64,000 nucleotides of DNA from Candidatus Aenigmatarchaeota archaeon (GCA_016185435.1 JACPNN010000021.1:269-64268); one strand, 5' to 3'. Positions 18,120-28,538 are shown, numbered from the stretch's first letter. The notes: generated from the letters alone by a model not told the origin. Numbers and translations: made by a program.

Positions 18120-18504
18120 ACATCACCTCCTTTATTATCCTTTCAAGCCCCTGAAATATTTCAACCGCTTTCCTTGCCATCTCAGCCTGCTTTGGGGCGC
18201 CATATGACAGTTTCTCGCAAATCTTTTCCAATTCAAGCATTTTGTTTATAATGGCGGCCCTGTTCCTGAATTCCGGCAATCTGCCAAAAACCTTTTCAGA
18301 TTTAAACCATGTATGGTTTATTTGAAACCCCTCTTCTATCTTCTTTTCTTTGTGCAAACATGCAGACAGCAGCTCTACAATCCCTTTGGAGGCATTATCG
18401 CCTATAATCCTCTGGGAATTCTCAAGACCCCTGACTTCGATTGCCCACTTGAATATCGTCTCCTTCCTTTCCTCAAATGCCTCTAAATGTTTTTCAGGCC
18501 TCAT
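18103..18504 (-). CDS. HEPN-like partner of MNT
   Basis: Helical; paralog of 47771-48169 (QRxIG, H, ...YG). Confidence 0.65.
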   Translation of the reverse strand: MRPEKHLEAFEERKETIFKWAIEVRGLENSQRIIGDNASKGIVELLSACLHKEKKIEEGFQINHTWFKSEKVFGRLPEFRNRAAIINKMLELEKICEKLSYGAPKQAEMARKAVEIFQGLERIIKEVMYGGEK

Positions 18505-18765
18505 ATACTATTTTAGTAAGTAACTATATAAGCTTTTCGTTAGTGTCTTACATATGTCAGTGACTATATAATTATTATGTAAGTTACTTAATTAAGAGAA
18601 TATGGCATAGGGCTCTGGAACTTGATATCTATGCCTACAGGCCTCCACATCATATCTGTCGTGTTTCAGCCGGACTCTTCTATCATAACCTCAGGAAAGC
18701 AAGTTCCAGATTTTGCCAGAGGTATGGATGGGCAAGAAGTGTTTGGCATCATTAAGCTGAACATT

Positions 18766-20046
18766 TCAATTTGTATATGCTTCCATTATCCAAATGTCTC
18801 TTCCTTCCATTACAACAAAATTCAGTTTCTTACCGTCTGGGGAGAATTGAGGATAAAAGTAGGTAGGGCCATAGTACCGGCTCCTTTTCTTGCCAATTTC
18901 TATGAATGAGCCTCTTAATGAGAACATTTCATACACAGCTTTCTTACCATCAGGACTAAAAACGGGCAATGCCAGACTATTAAATGACCTGCTTTCCTTA
19001 CCATCAATAACGACATAGTATTCGATACGATCCGGAACAATAGGACTCAGGACATTCTTTGGCTTTCTTGAGGCGGCAAAGTATATTTTGCCGTCTGGTG
19101 AAAAGTACACTTCTGAATTTAAATCATCATAAGTTAGTTCTGTCTCTTCGTATTCCCTGAGGCTGGTATCTGTAACAACAAGGTAATATTTTCCTTTATT
19201 TCTTGCATGAAAGGCTATTCTTCGGCCATCGGGAGAAAAAACAGGATCTGAAGCTATGCTATCATACTTTCTTCCTTCTTTTTCCCCCACCACAAGAAAA
19301 CCCTTCATATTTCCATATTCTCCCTCATTTATTACATATGCGACAAGTTTGCTGTCTGGGGAAAATACCGGACGAATATAGGGATTTCTTGATTTGTACA
19401 CTTTACCTTCCTTTCCGTTAACTACAACAAACAAATCATCCCAATGGCTTCCTGTTGCACCATAAGCGACATTTTTGCTATCAGGCGAGAAAACAATTTG
19501 TCCCACGCCCTCATACTGTTTGTGTTCGCTGTCGTCTACTGTTACAAACTTCTTTTCCCCTGCTTTCATAGCATATGCAATACGCTGGCTGTCAGGACTG
19601 AATGTGAAGTACATGACTCCGTCATGTTTCCTGATCTCTTTGCCGTCGAGCACAACAACCTCTTGTTCTCCGTCCCTCGCCTCATAAGCGACGTGTTTCC
19701 CATCCGAGCTGAATATGAACAACCAATCGATGTAGTCATAAGGCCTGCCTACCACCCCGTCTATGACAGCGATTGCTTTTTCTCCTTTATACATTACATA
19801 TCCCACTCTGGTGAGATTCGGGTCAAGAAAAATCAGAGAATGTGAAACATCTCCATATTCTTTCGGTATTGTCGCCACTTTTGTAACTTTGGTCTCATTC
19901 AGGGGCTTGAACTGGAAGTCCTCTGCAAAAGAAGATATTATCAAAGGCAGTATTATAATTGAAATCAAAATTACATATAGAACTATGACCAATGCAAGCA
20001 ATCCTACAGGGATGAGCAGAAGCTTCCTTTTGTCCACAATAATCAT
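18766..20046 (-). CDS. Membrane-anchored TolB/WD40-like beta-propeller
   Basis: N-terminal TM; repeated FSPDG/FSPDS blades. Confidence 0.88.
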   Translation of the reverse strand: MIIVDKRKLLLIPVGLLALVIVLYVILISIIILPLIISSFAEDFQFKPLNETKVTKVATIPKEYGDVSHSLIFLDPNLTRVGYVMYKGEKAIAVIDGVVGRPYDYIDWLFIFSSDGKHVAYEARDGEQEVVVLDGKEIRKHDGVMYFTFSPDSQRIAYAMKAGEKKFVTVDDSEHKQYEGVGQIVFSPDSKNVAYGATGSHWDDLFVVVNGKEGKVYKSRNPYIRPVFSPDSKLVAYVINEGEYGNMKGFLVVGEKEGRKYDSIASDPVFSPDGRRIAFHARNKGKYYLVVTDTSLREYEETELTYDDLNSEVYFSPDGKIYFAASRKPKNVLSPIVPDRIEYYVVIDGKESRSFNSLALPVFSPDGKKAVYEMFSLRGSFIEIGKKRSRYYGPTYFYPQFSPDGKKLNFVVMEGRDIWIMEAYTN

Positions 20047-20067
20047 TCCTCCCCCTTCCTAATATTA

Positions 20068-20841
20068 TCAACTTGTCCTGAAGTATTCCAAAACTCGCCC
20101 ATGGAGCTTTCTGTTTGCAGCCAGGCAGGTTGATGTCTCCATTCCTATCGGTCTTCCATGAATGTCGGTCATTATCCCGCCAGCCTCGTCTATGGCCACC
20201 TTCAGGGCCGCTATGTCCCAGATTTTTACATATGGTTCAACCGTGATTTCAGCCCTTCCTGAAGCGAGAAGGTGGTACATCCAGAAGTCGCCGTATCCCC
20301 TGTCCTTGTAGCAATCCTTTATCAGCCTCAGCATGCCATTGAGAAGGCCCTTTTCCCCGAAGAATTTGAGGCCGCTGTAGCACACCATTGCTTTTGAGAT
20401 TTCTTTGGTAGAAGAAACATGGATTCGGTTTCCATCAAGAAACGTTCCTTTCCCCTTTTCAGCAAACATGAGCTCTTTCATGGCTGGCCCATTGGAAACG
20501 CCCAATATTACCTCGCCTTTCCTCATGAGGGCGATCTGGGTGCTGAATACGGGGATTTTCCTGATGAAGTTTTCTGTCCCGTCCAAGGGATCTATTATCC
20601 AGATGTATTCCGAACCGGCATTTTCGCTCCCTGACTCCTCTCCCAGGAAGCCGTGCTCAGGAAAGGCATTTTTTATTGTTTCTTTGATCATTCTTTCTGC
20701 TTCCCTGTCCGCTTCTGTCACAGGTGTGCTGTCAGGCTTGAAGCTCGGCCTGATTTCATCTGCTGAATAATAATCCATTATTACTTCTTCTGCTGCTTTT
20801 GCGGCCTTGAGGGCGGTTTTGAGGAACGGGCTTTGGGACAT
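20068..20841 (-). CDS. Inositol monophosphatase family (HisN-like)
   Basis: VTEAD, GEE, WIIDPLDGT, WDIAA...EAGG. Confidence 0.92.
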   Translation of the reverse strand: MSQSPFLKTALKAAKAAEEVIMDYYSADEIRPSFKPDSTPVTEADREAERMIKETIKNAFPEHGFLGEESGSENAGSEYIWIIDPLDGTENFIRKIPVFSTQIALMRKGEVILGVSNGPAMKELMFAEKGKGTFLDGNRIHVSSTKEISKAMVCYSGLKFFGEKGLLNGMLRLIKDCYKDRGYGDFWMYHLLASGRAEITVEPYVKIWDIAALKVAIDEAGGIMTDIHGRPIGMETSTCLAANRKLHGRVLEYFRTS

Positions 20842-20888
20842 CAGAATAATTGCACTTCAGGCTTAAAATCCGAATAAAAAGTGAGTTC

Positions 20889-21575
20889 TTATTTCCTCTT
20901 CTCCTGCTTCTCGGCTAGCCTCAGGAATTTCCTCAGGAAATCCTTTGCCTCGTCCCTTATCGCAAGGCCGAAGCCGATACCGAGAGCGAGGGCGGCAGCG
21001 AAGAGGGCTGCGGCCGTTATCAGGAGGATGATGTTCTCAGCAAGGGAGAATTTCAGGCCGAACTGCTCGATGGCCGTGAAGGCAAGAACAATGATAAGGA
21101 ATGCCCTGACAATCCTTATTGCGCCGCTGAACAGCTTGTCCCTTGAGATGATTCTGAGCGTGAAGAAATCGATAATCACAATGCCTACCGCTATCACTAT
21201 TGCGGCCAGCACGAGTTTTGTAAGCCAGAACATCAGCAGCTGGGCAAACGGGGATAAAAATCCTAGGTCAATGGCCTCAAAAAGTCTGCCTGCAAAGACT
21301 GCAAAAAGAGACCATTTTGCAGCGGAGCCAAAGATGGGCGCAAGGCTAGTGGCACCGAATGTGTCCTTCCTGTCCTCAGCCCTGAGCAGCCTGTCTATGC
21401 GGATCCTGTGGAGGACGTTCTTCACGGCAAGGCCGACAATATATGCGCCTATGTATATGAGGGCAAGGAATACCAGCACTATGAGCAGCTTTGGCAGAAG
21501 GGACACAGATTTGGAAAAGAACTCTGACAACGGGATAATGAAAATCTGCTGGAGCATCTCGCCAATATCAGCCAT
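20889..21575 (-). CDS. MscS-type TM-helix repeat membrane protein
   Basis: LPKLL repeat, LALGIGFGLA. Confidence 0.7.
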   Translation of the reverse strand: MADIGEMLQQIFIIPLSEFFSKSVSLLPKLLIVLVFLALIYIGAYIVGLAVKNVLHRIRIDRLLRAEDRKDTFGATSLAPIFGSAAKWSLFAVFAGRLFEAIDLGFLSPFAQLLMFWLTKLVLAAIVIAVGIVIIDFFTLRIISRDKLFSGAIRIVRAFLIIVLAFTAIEQFGLKFSLAENIILLITAAALFAAALALGIGFGLAIRDEAKDFLRKFLRLAEKQEKRK

Positions 21576-22878
21576 ATTGAATGTTGGAAAGCCTGCTTAT
21601 TAACTTTTCGGCCTTCTCTGTTTCCTTGGCCATGCCAGAAGCAAATTTCAGGGAAAGTTCAGCAGCCTGCTCATTTTCCAGACTTTCAGTTGCTCCCATT
21701 CCTCTGGCCTTCTTTATTATCCTGTCTGCAACCGTCTCCCTATCTTCTGTCATTTTCTCGAAAATCTGCAGCAATTTCCTATTTGCAGGGGATATAGAAC
21801 AAAAATCAAGCAGAGCCTTGCAATACCTCCTGACTTCTTTGCTTCCCATCCCTCTCTTTGCAGAGTGCAGCTGCAATCTGTCCACGAAATCGAAAGGAGG
21901 AATAAATAAAACCCCGTCTTCGGTTCTGAATGGCTCGTCAGCGGACTCACTGAAGGATACAGTCAGCCTTCCTTCCCCGATCTCCTTCAGCACATGCACT
22001 ATAATAACAGATGCTGAAAGCATATTGGAAAAGGTGCTCATGTCCATGCCCCTCATCTCGAATGTTCCTATGGAGTTCACCTTAATAGGCGACCAGTTCG
22101 TGTCAAGGGCTGCGCCATAGACTGAAAGCGCATTTGACCTAAGTCTCAGGATCCTCATTTTCCTTGACCATTCGCCGAACCTATCCTCGGCCTGGTAAAT
22201 CAGGGAAGTCACAGTGTGCCTGTAGGGAGGCAGCGCCCCGAATTCCTGGAATTCCGAATAAAGGCCTTCCACGCCGAAAAGCCTGTTTCCCCTGTAGAAC
22301 ATCATCCTTGCGTCCTTTCCGCAAAGCCTCCCCTGGTAGAAAGGGGATGACTGCAGGAATGCGCACAAGGCAGGATCCATGGCGACCATCATGTTGTAGC
22401 TGTCTATTGTCCGCTGGTTGAGGGATGGATTAAGAAGCAGACGCATGTTCCTGCTGAACCTGCTGAATATGCCCCTTGGAAGGGTATAGTGGAAATGGAA
22501 GCCTGTACACCTGCCAGCTATCTTCCATCTCTCCTTCCCGAATATCCTTTCCTTTATCCTGTATGCAGCCTCCTTCCTCATTTCAGGGTCGAAAGAGCCC
22601 GGATATGTGGAATAAGGATAAACATGCAGCATATGCTTTTCGGCAGCCGAAACAAGTAGCCTGATCTTTTCGAGCAGATCCCCCATTGAATCAGCCAGCA
22701 AAGCATACGGTTTCGAGGCGATTTCGATCATCCCTTTTGCGCACTCCTTTTTTGCTTGGCCAGTCATCTCCTTTATTATGACATCTGCCTTGTCTGAAAC
22801 TAACCCTTTCCCATCAATCAGATGAAATTCGGCCTCAAAGCCTGCAAGCCTCTGCTCCCTGAATCCGAACATATACAT
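21568..22878 (-). CDS. Glutamate-cysteine ligase (GCS2) family carboxylate-amine ligase
   Basis: GFEAEFHLID, KEC..MIEI, GFHFHY, SSPFYQG, GTFEMRGMD. Confidence 0.82.
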   Translation of the reverse strand: MYMFGFREQRLAGFEAEFHLIDGKGLVSDKADVIIKEMTGQAKKECAKGMIEIASKPYALLADSMGDLLEKIRLLVSAAEKHMLHVYPYSTYPGSFDPEMRKEAAYRIKERIFGKERWKIAGRCTGFHFHYTLPRGIFSRFSRNMRLLLNPSLNQRTIDSYNMMVAMDPALCAFLQSSPFYQGRLCGKDARMMFYRGNRLFGVEGLYSEFQEFGALPPYRHTVTSLIYQAEDRFGEWSRKMRILRLRSNALSVYGAALDTNWSPIKVNSIGTFEMRGMDMSTFSNMLSASVIIVHVLKEIGEGRLTVSFSESADEPFRTEDGVLFIPPFDFVDRLQLHSAKRGMGSKEVRRYCKALLDFCSISPANRKLLQIFEKMTEDRETVADRIIKKARGMGATESLENEQAAELSLKFASGMAKETEKAEKLISRLSNIQYG

Positions 22879-22978
22879 AGTTACGTCTTAATTGTTAAAT
22901 ATAATGGCCTACATGAGGCGGAAGCGTGTCTGACCGGAAATTAAATGGATACGGCAGATGCCCAGGCAACGCAAATCA

Positions 22979-24040
22979 TTAACTGTGCACATATACAGTC
23001 TGTGTTGGGAAGGCCATCTCTATGTCTTCTTTCTCGAACCTCTCCTTGATTGTCAGGTTGATTTTTTGCTGCACATCCATGTAAACGTTGTAATCGCCGC
23101 TGTTCACAAAATACACCACCTCATAAATGAGGCTGAAGTCTCCGAAGTTTTTGAAGTGGACCCTGTCCAGATCAGTGTTCTCTATTTTCCCTATGATATC
23201 CTTCACGATTGAGTTAATCTTCCTCAGCTTTTTTACAGTGGTGCTGTATGTAACGCCAAAGGTGAACACTATCCTTCTCCTCTCCATTCTTTTGTAATTA
23301 TTTATCCTGCTTTCTGTCAGCTCTTTATTGGAAACAATAAGCTCTTGGCCCTGCAGGGTCTGTATCCTTGTCGACTTGATGCCTATTTTCTTCACTATGC
23401 CGCTGTCGTTTCCAATCACTATAAAATCGCCTACCCTGAAGGGCTTGTCAAAATAGATCGAGAAGGAAGCAAATATGTCGCTCAGCACATTCTGGAGGGC
23501 AAATGCAATAGCTATGCCTCCTACCCCGAGGCCTGCAATCATCGGGGTTATATCGTACCCGAGGTTGGTAAGTATGAAGAAGACCGCAAGGACCCATACA
23601 AAAATCTTCACCAGCTTTCCAAGAAGGTCAATTACTGAAGTGTCAGTCTGCTTCTCCTCCCTGAGCCTTTCTTTGATCATTTTCCCAACAGCATAGTCTG
23701 TCAGTTTCTGCAAACCTCTGACTACATAATATGTGACTGTGACAAGAATGGAAAGATACAGGACTGACGACAACATTTCCGGCATTTTCAGGGATTGGGA
23801 AGCAATGTACAGCGGCAGAATCATGTACAGCGGCCATCCAATGGAGTCTATGCTACGGATAATGACGTCATCGAGCTCTGTTTTTGTCTTTTTAGCTATT
23901 CTCATCAGATGCTGGACTATGATATGCTTGAACACCTTAAGGGCAACAGCGGCCGCAATAAAAACAAGGAATGCCACAATATACTCCCCGTAAGGGCTGC
24001 CTGCTATTTCTTTCAGCAGAAAGTCTATGTCAAAGGCCAT
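22979..24040 (-). CDS. mscS: Small-conductance mechanosensitive channel
   Basis: AGLGVGGIAIAFALQ, DKPFRVGDFI, IGIKSTRI, MAFPTQ. Confidence 0.95.
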   Translation of the reverse strand: MAFDIDFLLKEIAGSPYGEYIVAFLVFIAAAVALKVFKHIIVQHLMRIAKKTKTELDDVIIRSIDSIGWPLYMILPLYIASQSLKMPEMLSSVLYLSILVTVTYYVVRGLQKLTDYAVGKMIKERLREEKQTDTSVIDLLGKLVKIFVWVLAVFFILTNLGYDITPMIAGLGVGGIAIAFALQNVLSDIFASFSIYFDKPFRVGDFIVIGNDSGIVKKIGIKSTRIQTLQGQELIVSNKELTESRINNYKRMERRRIVFTFGVTYSTTVKKLRKINSIVKDIIGKIENTDLDRVHFKNFGDFSLIYEVVYFVNSGDYNVYMDVQQKINLTIKERFEKEDIEMAFPTQTVYVHS

Positions 24041-24174
24041 GATATGGAATTGATTCGCTTATATAAAAAATTTCCATTTTGCATTAGCCACATTAGTCAG
24101 CTTCTGGAACAGTGCTATGACATCGCACAGGGAAATAGCGCAAGCTTTTATGTAACGGTTTGATAGGGGTTCAT

Positions 24175-26427
24175 ATGAGGCTCCTTATAGTGTCGAACAG
24201 ATTGCCGATCACAGTGCTTAAAAAGAACGGGGATCTGAAGTTTCAAAAAAGTGTTGGAGGGCTTGCATCAGGGCTGAAGGCATTTCTTGATGCCGGCATG
24301 CCCTCTTCAGGTGCCACAGGATACCTGTGGGTCGGCTGGCCAGGAGTATCGGTTGAAGGCAAAGCAAAAGAAAAACTGAAAGACATGCTGGCCAGGCATT
24401 ACGCCTATCCTGTTTTTCTTTCCCAAAAAGAGATGGACAAATTCTACAACGGCTTCTGCAACAAGACTATATGGCCCCTTTTCCACTATTTTCCTTCCTA
24501 TGCAGTGTATGAGGAAGAATATTGGAAACATTACAGGCGGGTGAATGAGGCCTTCTGCGATGCCGTTATGGAAGTCGCAAAGCCGGGCGACCTGATATGG
24601 GTGCATGACTACCATCTCATGCTGCTTCCGAAACTCCTGAGGAAAAGGCTCGATGGGGCCATGATAGGCTTCTTTCTCCATATACCTTTCCCCTCCTTCG
24701 AAATATTCAGGCAGCTCCCGAAAGAATGGAGAAACAGTATGCTAGAGGGCCTGTTAGGGGCAGACCTTATAGGCTTTCATACGCATGACTATACGCAGGA
24801 TTTTCTCAGATGTGTCCTGCGGCTATTGGGACATGAGAACAACATGGGACAGATTTTTACAGAGGAGCGCACCCTGAAAGCCGATACATTTCCGATGGGA
24901 ATAGATTTCCAGAAATTCCACACTATGGCGGCGGATCCCAAAGTACGGAGGCATATGGACAGCCTGAAGAAGAGATTGGAAGATTCAAGGACAATACTCT
25001 CCATCGATAGGCTGGATTACACAAAAGGCGTCATTAACCGCCTGCAGGGATATGAGATCTTTCTCGACAGAAATCCCCAGTGGCACAAAAAGGTTGCAAT
25101 GATACTGATTGTTGTTCCATCGCGTCCGGGGGTTGAGCATTACCAGCAGATGAAGAGGCAGATAGACGAGCTTGTGGGAAGGATCAACGGAAAATTCAGC
25201 AGCATTGGCTGGACGCCCATATTGTACCAGTCAAAGTTCCTGCCGTTCGCTTCTCTTGCGGCCCTCTACAGCATAAGCGACGTTGCCCTGGTAACGCCGC
25301 TGAGGGACGGGATGAACCTGATCGCAAAGGAGTACGTGGCATCCAGGCCAGACATGACAGGAACGCTTGTTCTCAGTTATATGACAGGCGCCGCAAAGGA
25401 ACTAGGTGAGGCTATCCGCGTCAATCCGAATCACAGGGAAGACATTGCCGATGCGATAAAGGAAGCCCTGGAAATGACGCATGAAGAACAGGTCAGAAGA
25501 AACCGGATCATGCAGGACAGGCTGAGGCGCTATGATGTTCACAGATGGGCCGGCGATTTCATTAAGGATCTGCATGCAGTAAAGAAAGTCCAGGAGAAGT
25601 TCAATGCGAGGCTCCTGAATCCCGCCATAAGGGAGCGGTTGATAACGGATTACAGCAAAGCACGCAGGAGGCTGATTCTTCTCGATTACGATGGCACCCT
25701 CGTCCCGTTTGCAGACCATTACCAGAACTCATTGCCAGGCGAGGATGTCAAAGGACTTCTCCGCTTGATTTCAGGGAATCCCAAAACTGATGTTGTTCTG
25801 ATAAGCGGCCGCGACAGGAACACGCTCAAAGAATGGTTCAGCGGCCTTGACATAGGATTTGTTGCAGAGCATGGGATATGGATCAGGGAAAGGGGCAGTG
25901 AATGGAACTTGGCAAAAGCGCTGGCGAATGACTGGAAATCCGGGGTTCTGCCGATACTGGAAACCTTTGTTGACAGGCTCCCGGGATCCTTTGTTGAGGA
26001 GAAGGAGTATTCCATAGTCTTCCATTATAGAAAGGCGGACCCTGAGCTTGGCTCTGTAAGGGCCAAGGATCTCATGGACACGCTGCTGAACTTCACAGCC
26101 AATATGGATGTCCAGACACTGCAGGGGAACAAAGTGATCGAGATCAGGAGTGCCGGGGTCAACAAGGGCACTGCTGCTGGTCATTTCCTTTCAAAAGGCA
26201 GCTATGATTTCATACTGGCGATAGGGGATGACATTACCGATGAAGATCTCTTCCGCATCCTCCCCGAAACGGCCTATTCGATAAGGGTGGGGATAGCGAA
26301 TACTCATGCAAGGTGCAGCCTTTACAGCCAGAAAGATGCCATAGAACTGCTGGATGAAATCGGACAGAAGAGTCAGAAAAACGGAAAACGCTTCCATGAG
26401 CGAGCAGATACATATATTACACCCTAA
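24175..26427 (+). CDS. otsAB: Bifunctional trehalose-6-phosphate synthase/phosphatase
   Basis: VSNRLP, WVHDYHL, DRLDYTKG, RDGMNL; HAD domain LDYDGTL, GDDITDED. Confidence 0.95.
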   Translation: MRLLIVSNRLPITVLKKNGDLKFQKSVGGLASGLKAFLDAGMPSSGATGYLWVGWPGVSVEGKAKEKLKDMLARHYAYPVFLSQKEMDKFYNGFCNKTIWPLFHYFPSYAVYEEEYWKHYRRVNEAFCDAVMEVAKPGDLIWVHDYHLMLLPKLLRKRLDGAMIGFFLHIPFPSFEIFRQLPKEWRNSMLEGLLGADLIGFHTHDYTQDFLRCVLRLLGHENNMGQIFTEERTLKADTFPMGIDFQKFHTMAADPKVRRHMDSLKKRLEDSRTILSIDRLDYTKGVINRLQGYEIFLDRNPQWHKKVAMILIVVPSRPGVEHYQQMKRQIDELVGRINGKFSSIGWTPILYQSKFLPFASLAALYSISDVALVTPLRDGMNLIAKEYVASRPDMTGTLVLSYMTGAAKELGEAIRVNPNHREDIADAIKEALEMTHEEQVRRNRIMQDRLRRYDVHRWAGDFIKDLHAVKKVQEKFNARLLNPAIRERLITDYSKARRRLILLDYDGTLVPFADHYQNSLPGEDVKGLLRLISGNPKTDVVLISGRDRNTLKEWFSGLDIGFVAEHGIWIRERGSEWNLAKALANDWKSGVLPILETFVDRLPGSFVEEKEYSIVFHYRKADPELGSVRAKDLMDTLLNFTANMDVQTLQGNKVIEIRSAGVNKGTAAGHFLSKGSYDFILAIGDDITDEDLFRILPETAYSIRVGIANTHARCSLYSQKDAIELLDEIGQKSQKNGKRFHERADTYITP

Positions 26428-26441
26428 ACCAATTAACAGTC

Positions 26442-27677
26442 ATGGTAGAGCCATCCTCGGTGTTCGCAGTCATCAGCGGCATCATAATATTCGGCTTCCT
26501 TGCTGAATTCCTCTTCAGGAAATACCATATACCTGACATACTGCTTCTCGTCATCATGGGCTTCGTCCTCGGCCCATATGTCCTGAAGATTGTCCTGCCT
26601 GAACAGGTTGTCTCCTTTGCCCCCTTCTTCACAACCTTCGCTCTGCTCTTCCTTATTTTCGACGGCGCTTTCAACATAAACCTAGTGTCTTTTGCCAATG
26701 GGCTCACAAGGAGCCTCTCGCTGTCTCTTTTCAACTATATCATATCATTCGCTGCGATAACCGGCATCCTTCTGGCCTTCGGCTTCGACATCCAGACTGC
26801 ATCTCTGCTCGGCCTCATCCTCGGAGGCATCTCCTCGGCCTTTGTGATACCGGTCATCAAGCAGGTGAAGATAACAAAAGATACCTACTCTATCCTGCTT
26901 TTTGAATCAGCCTTCACCGATGTCTTCAGCATAGTCTTCTCGATTGCGGCCATGACAATCATATCCCTGAAGATATTCGACCTGAAGGAAATAGCAAGCA
27001 CCATAGCCTCCCTGTTTGCTGTGGCAGGCTTCATAGGCATAATAGCGGGCATAGCATGGATCATAATCGTGACCAGAATACTGAAGCAGCACAAGTCCTA
27101 CATGCTCACTATAGCATACCTGCTGATAGTCTATACGATAACGGAATTCCTGGGAGGCAATGGGGCGATAGCGGCGCTTTTCCTTGGCCTCATGCTGAAA
27201 AACTCCAGGCAGCTTGCGGAACTGTTTGCGGGAATCAGGAAGCAGGAGGCCGCCGACGGCAACAATAAGGAAAAGAAGATATTCATCTCTGTCACCTCGC
27301 CTGAAGAGGAATTCTTCTACTCCCAGATATCCTTCTTCCTGAAGACCTTCTTTTTTGCATATATTGGGATCCTGTTCAACCCCACAGATATCAATTCCCT
27401 TCTTATAGGCGCAGCAATAGCCTTTTCCCTGCTGGTAGCCAGGAACGCATCATCCCTCCTCACCAAAAGTCTTCCTGCTTTCGACAGGAGAATGGTCAAC
27501 TCCATTTTCGCAAGGGGCCTGGCGGCAGCAGTCGTGGCCCAGCTTGCAATTCAATATAACATCCCTCAGGCTGACATGATACTCAGGATTGTCTACACTG
27601 CTATCATCTTTTCCATAATCCTCAGCTCTGCAAGGATATTCATGGTGATGAATAAGGAGAAAGGTGTTGCCTCATGA
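26442..27677 (+). CDS. Cation:proton antiporter (CPA)
   Basis: Many TMs, FESAFTD, ARGLAAAV. Confidence 0.88.
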   Translation: MVEPSSVFAVISGIIIFGFLAEFLFRKYHIPDILLLVIMGFVLGPYVLKIVLPEQVVSFAPFFTTFALLFLIFDGAFNINLVSFANGLTRSLSLSLFNYIISFAAITGILLAFGFDIQTASLLGLILGGISSAFVIPVIKQVKITKDTYSILLFESAFTDVFSIVFSIAAMTIISLKIFDLKEIASTIASLFAVAGFIGIIAGIAWIIIVTRILKQHKSYMLTIAYLLIVYTITEFLGGNGAIAALFLGLMLKNSRQLAELFAGIRKQEAADGNNKEKKIFISVTSPEEEFFYSQISFFLKTFFFAYIGILFNPTDINSLLIGAAIAFSLLVARNASSLLTKSLPAFDRRMVNSIFARGLAAAVVAQLAIQYNIPQADMILRIVYTAIIFSIILSSARIFMVMNKEKGVAS

Positions 27678-27809
27678 TAATGCCCTTGCTGATTGTTTTC
27701 TTCAGCAGTCCGTCAAAAGCGAGGTAGCATCTCTTGATTGCAGTGGATTTTTTCAAAAAGAACAACACAAAGCAATGAGGATATTGGAGGAGACATGACT
27801 GACAGTTCC

Positions 27810-27875
27810 TCACCAATATTAACACCCAACCACAATTTCTTTTATGGCTCCAATCCTTTATCAGTATTTCCTGAA
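27810..27875 (+). repeat. Diverged copy of promoter and first codons of the 29254 gene
   Basis: TCACCAATATTAACACCC..CCACAATTTCTTTTATG then MAPILYQYFLN vs MASILDQYFLN at 29220-29286. Confidence 0.9.
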
Positions 27876-27898
27876 TTTCCCCCTAAGGTCAGAAGTTT

Positions 27899-28264
27899 CT
27901 ATGTATGGCCTTTATTCTCCAGCACAACCCTGTTCTCATCCAGGTCCATAAAAAGCGTCAGCCCAAAGAGCATCTCAGTTCCCATCAGCCCATCCTCAGA
28001 TTCCGTTGCAACGGCCTGCACGATTCGCTCTCTCCCAAACCAGCTGATTTTCCCACTATAGATGGTGGTTTCCACGATGGAGCCGTCTGCAAGTTCCGCT
28101 TCTGACTTCATGCTGTATTTGAAGCCCAAACCCTCAAGCATGAGACGGGGCAGCATCAATTCCCCGTTGAATCCCGTATCAACCACGACGCTGATTTTCT
28201 TTCCTGATATGGGGATTTCTATGTGAGGGGAGAAGGATTCATCAAAGGAACCCTCGATTTTCAT
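27899..28264 (-). CDS. Clan AA (retropepsin-like) aspartic protease
   Basis: VVDTGFNG, LADGS, LMGT. Confidence 0.88.
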   Translation of the reverse strand: MKIEGSFDESFSPHIEIPISGKKISVVVDTGFNGELMLPRLMLEGLGFKYSMKSEAELADGSIVETTIYSGKISWFGRERIVQAVATESEDGLMGTEMLFGLTLFMDLDENRVVLENKGHT

Positions 28265-28265
28265 A

Positions 28266-28538
28266 TTATAGTGATGTGCGGTGTTTGAAGCTCACAGCAG
28301 CTTTGTAGCCTACCTTTGCGAGGAAGAATCTTTTGCCTGGATGTTCAGCGGCTGCCCTTTCATAGGCCTCGGACATTGTGTGGCCCAAGTAGTAGGCGCC
28401 GGAGTCAGGTTCAATGGCTACGTATTCTCCTTTGTGCTCCTGCTCAAGGATGGCTTTGAGACTGGTCTCGTAAATCCTTTTGCCTCTGCTCACAAGCTCG
28501 CCATTCCCTGCATCCCCTGTTTTCTGCATTATGGTCAC
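28266..28538 (-). CDS. DUF5678-like small partner protein
   Basis: HKGEYVAIEPDSG...YLG...HPGK..F..KVG; adjacent to protease. Confidence 0.7.
   Translation of the reverse strand: MTIMQKTGDAGNGELVSRGKRIYETSLKAILEQEHKGEYVAIEPDSGAYYLGHTMSEAYERAAAEHPGKRFFLAKVGYKAAVSFKHRTSL

Noticed and set aside
18103-18125. GGEK terminus resembling Pup GGE
   Set aside because: Explained by the GGAGGTGA RBS and start of the overlapping MNT gene
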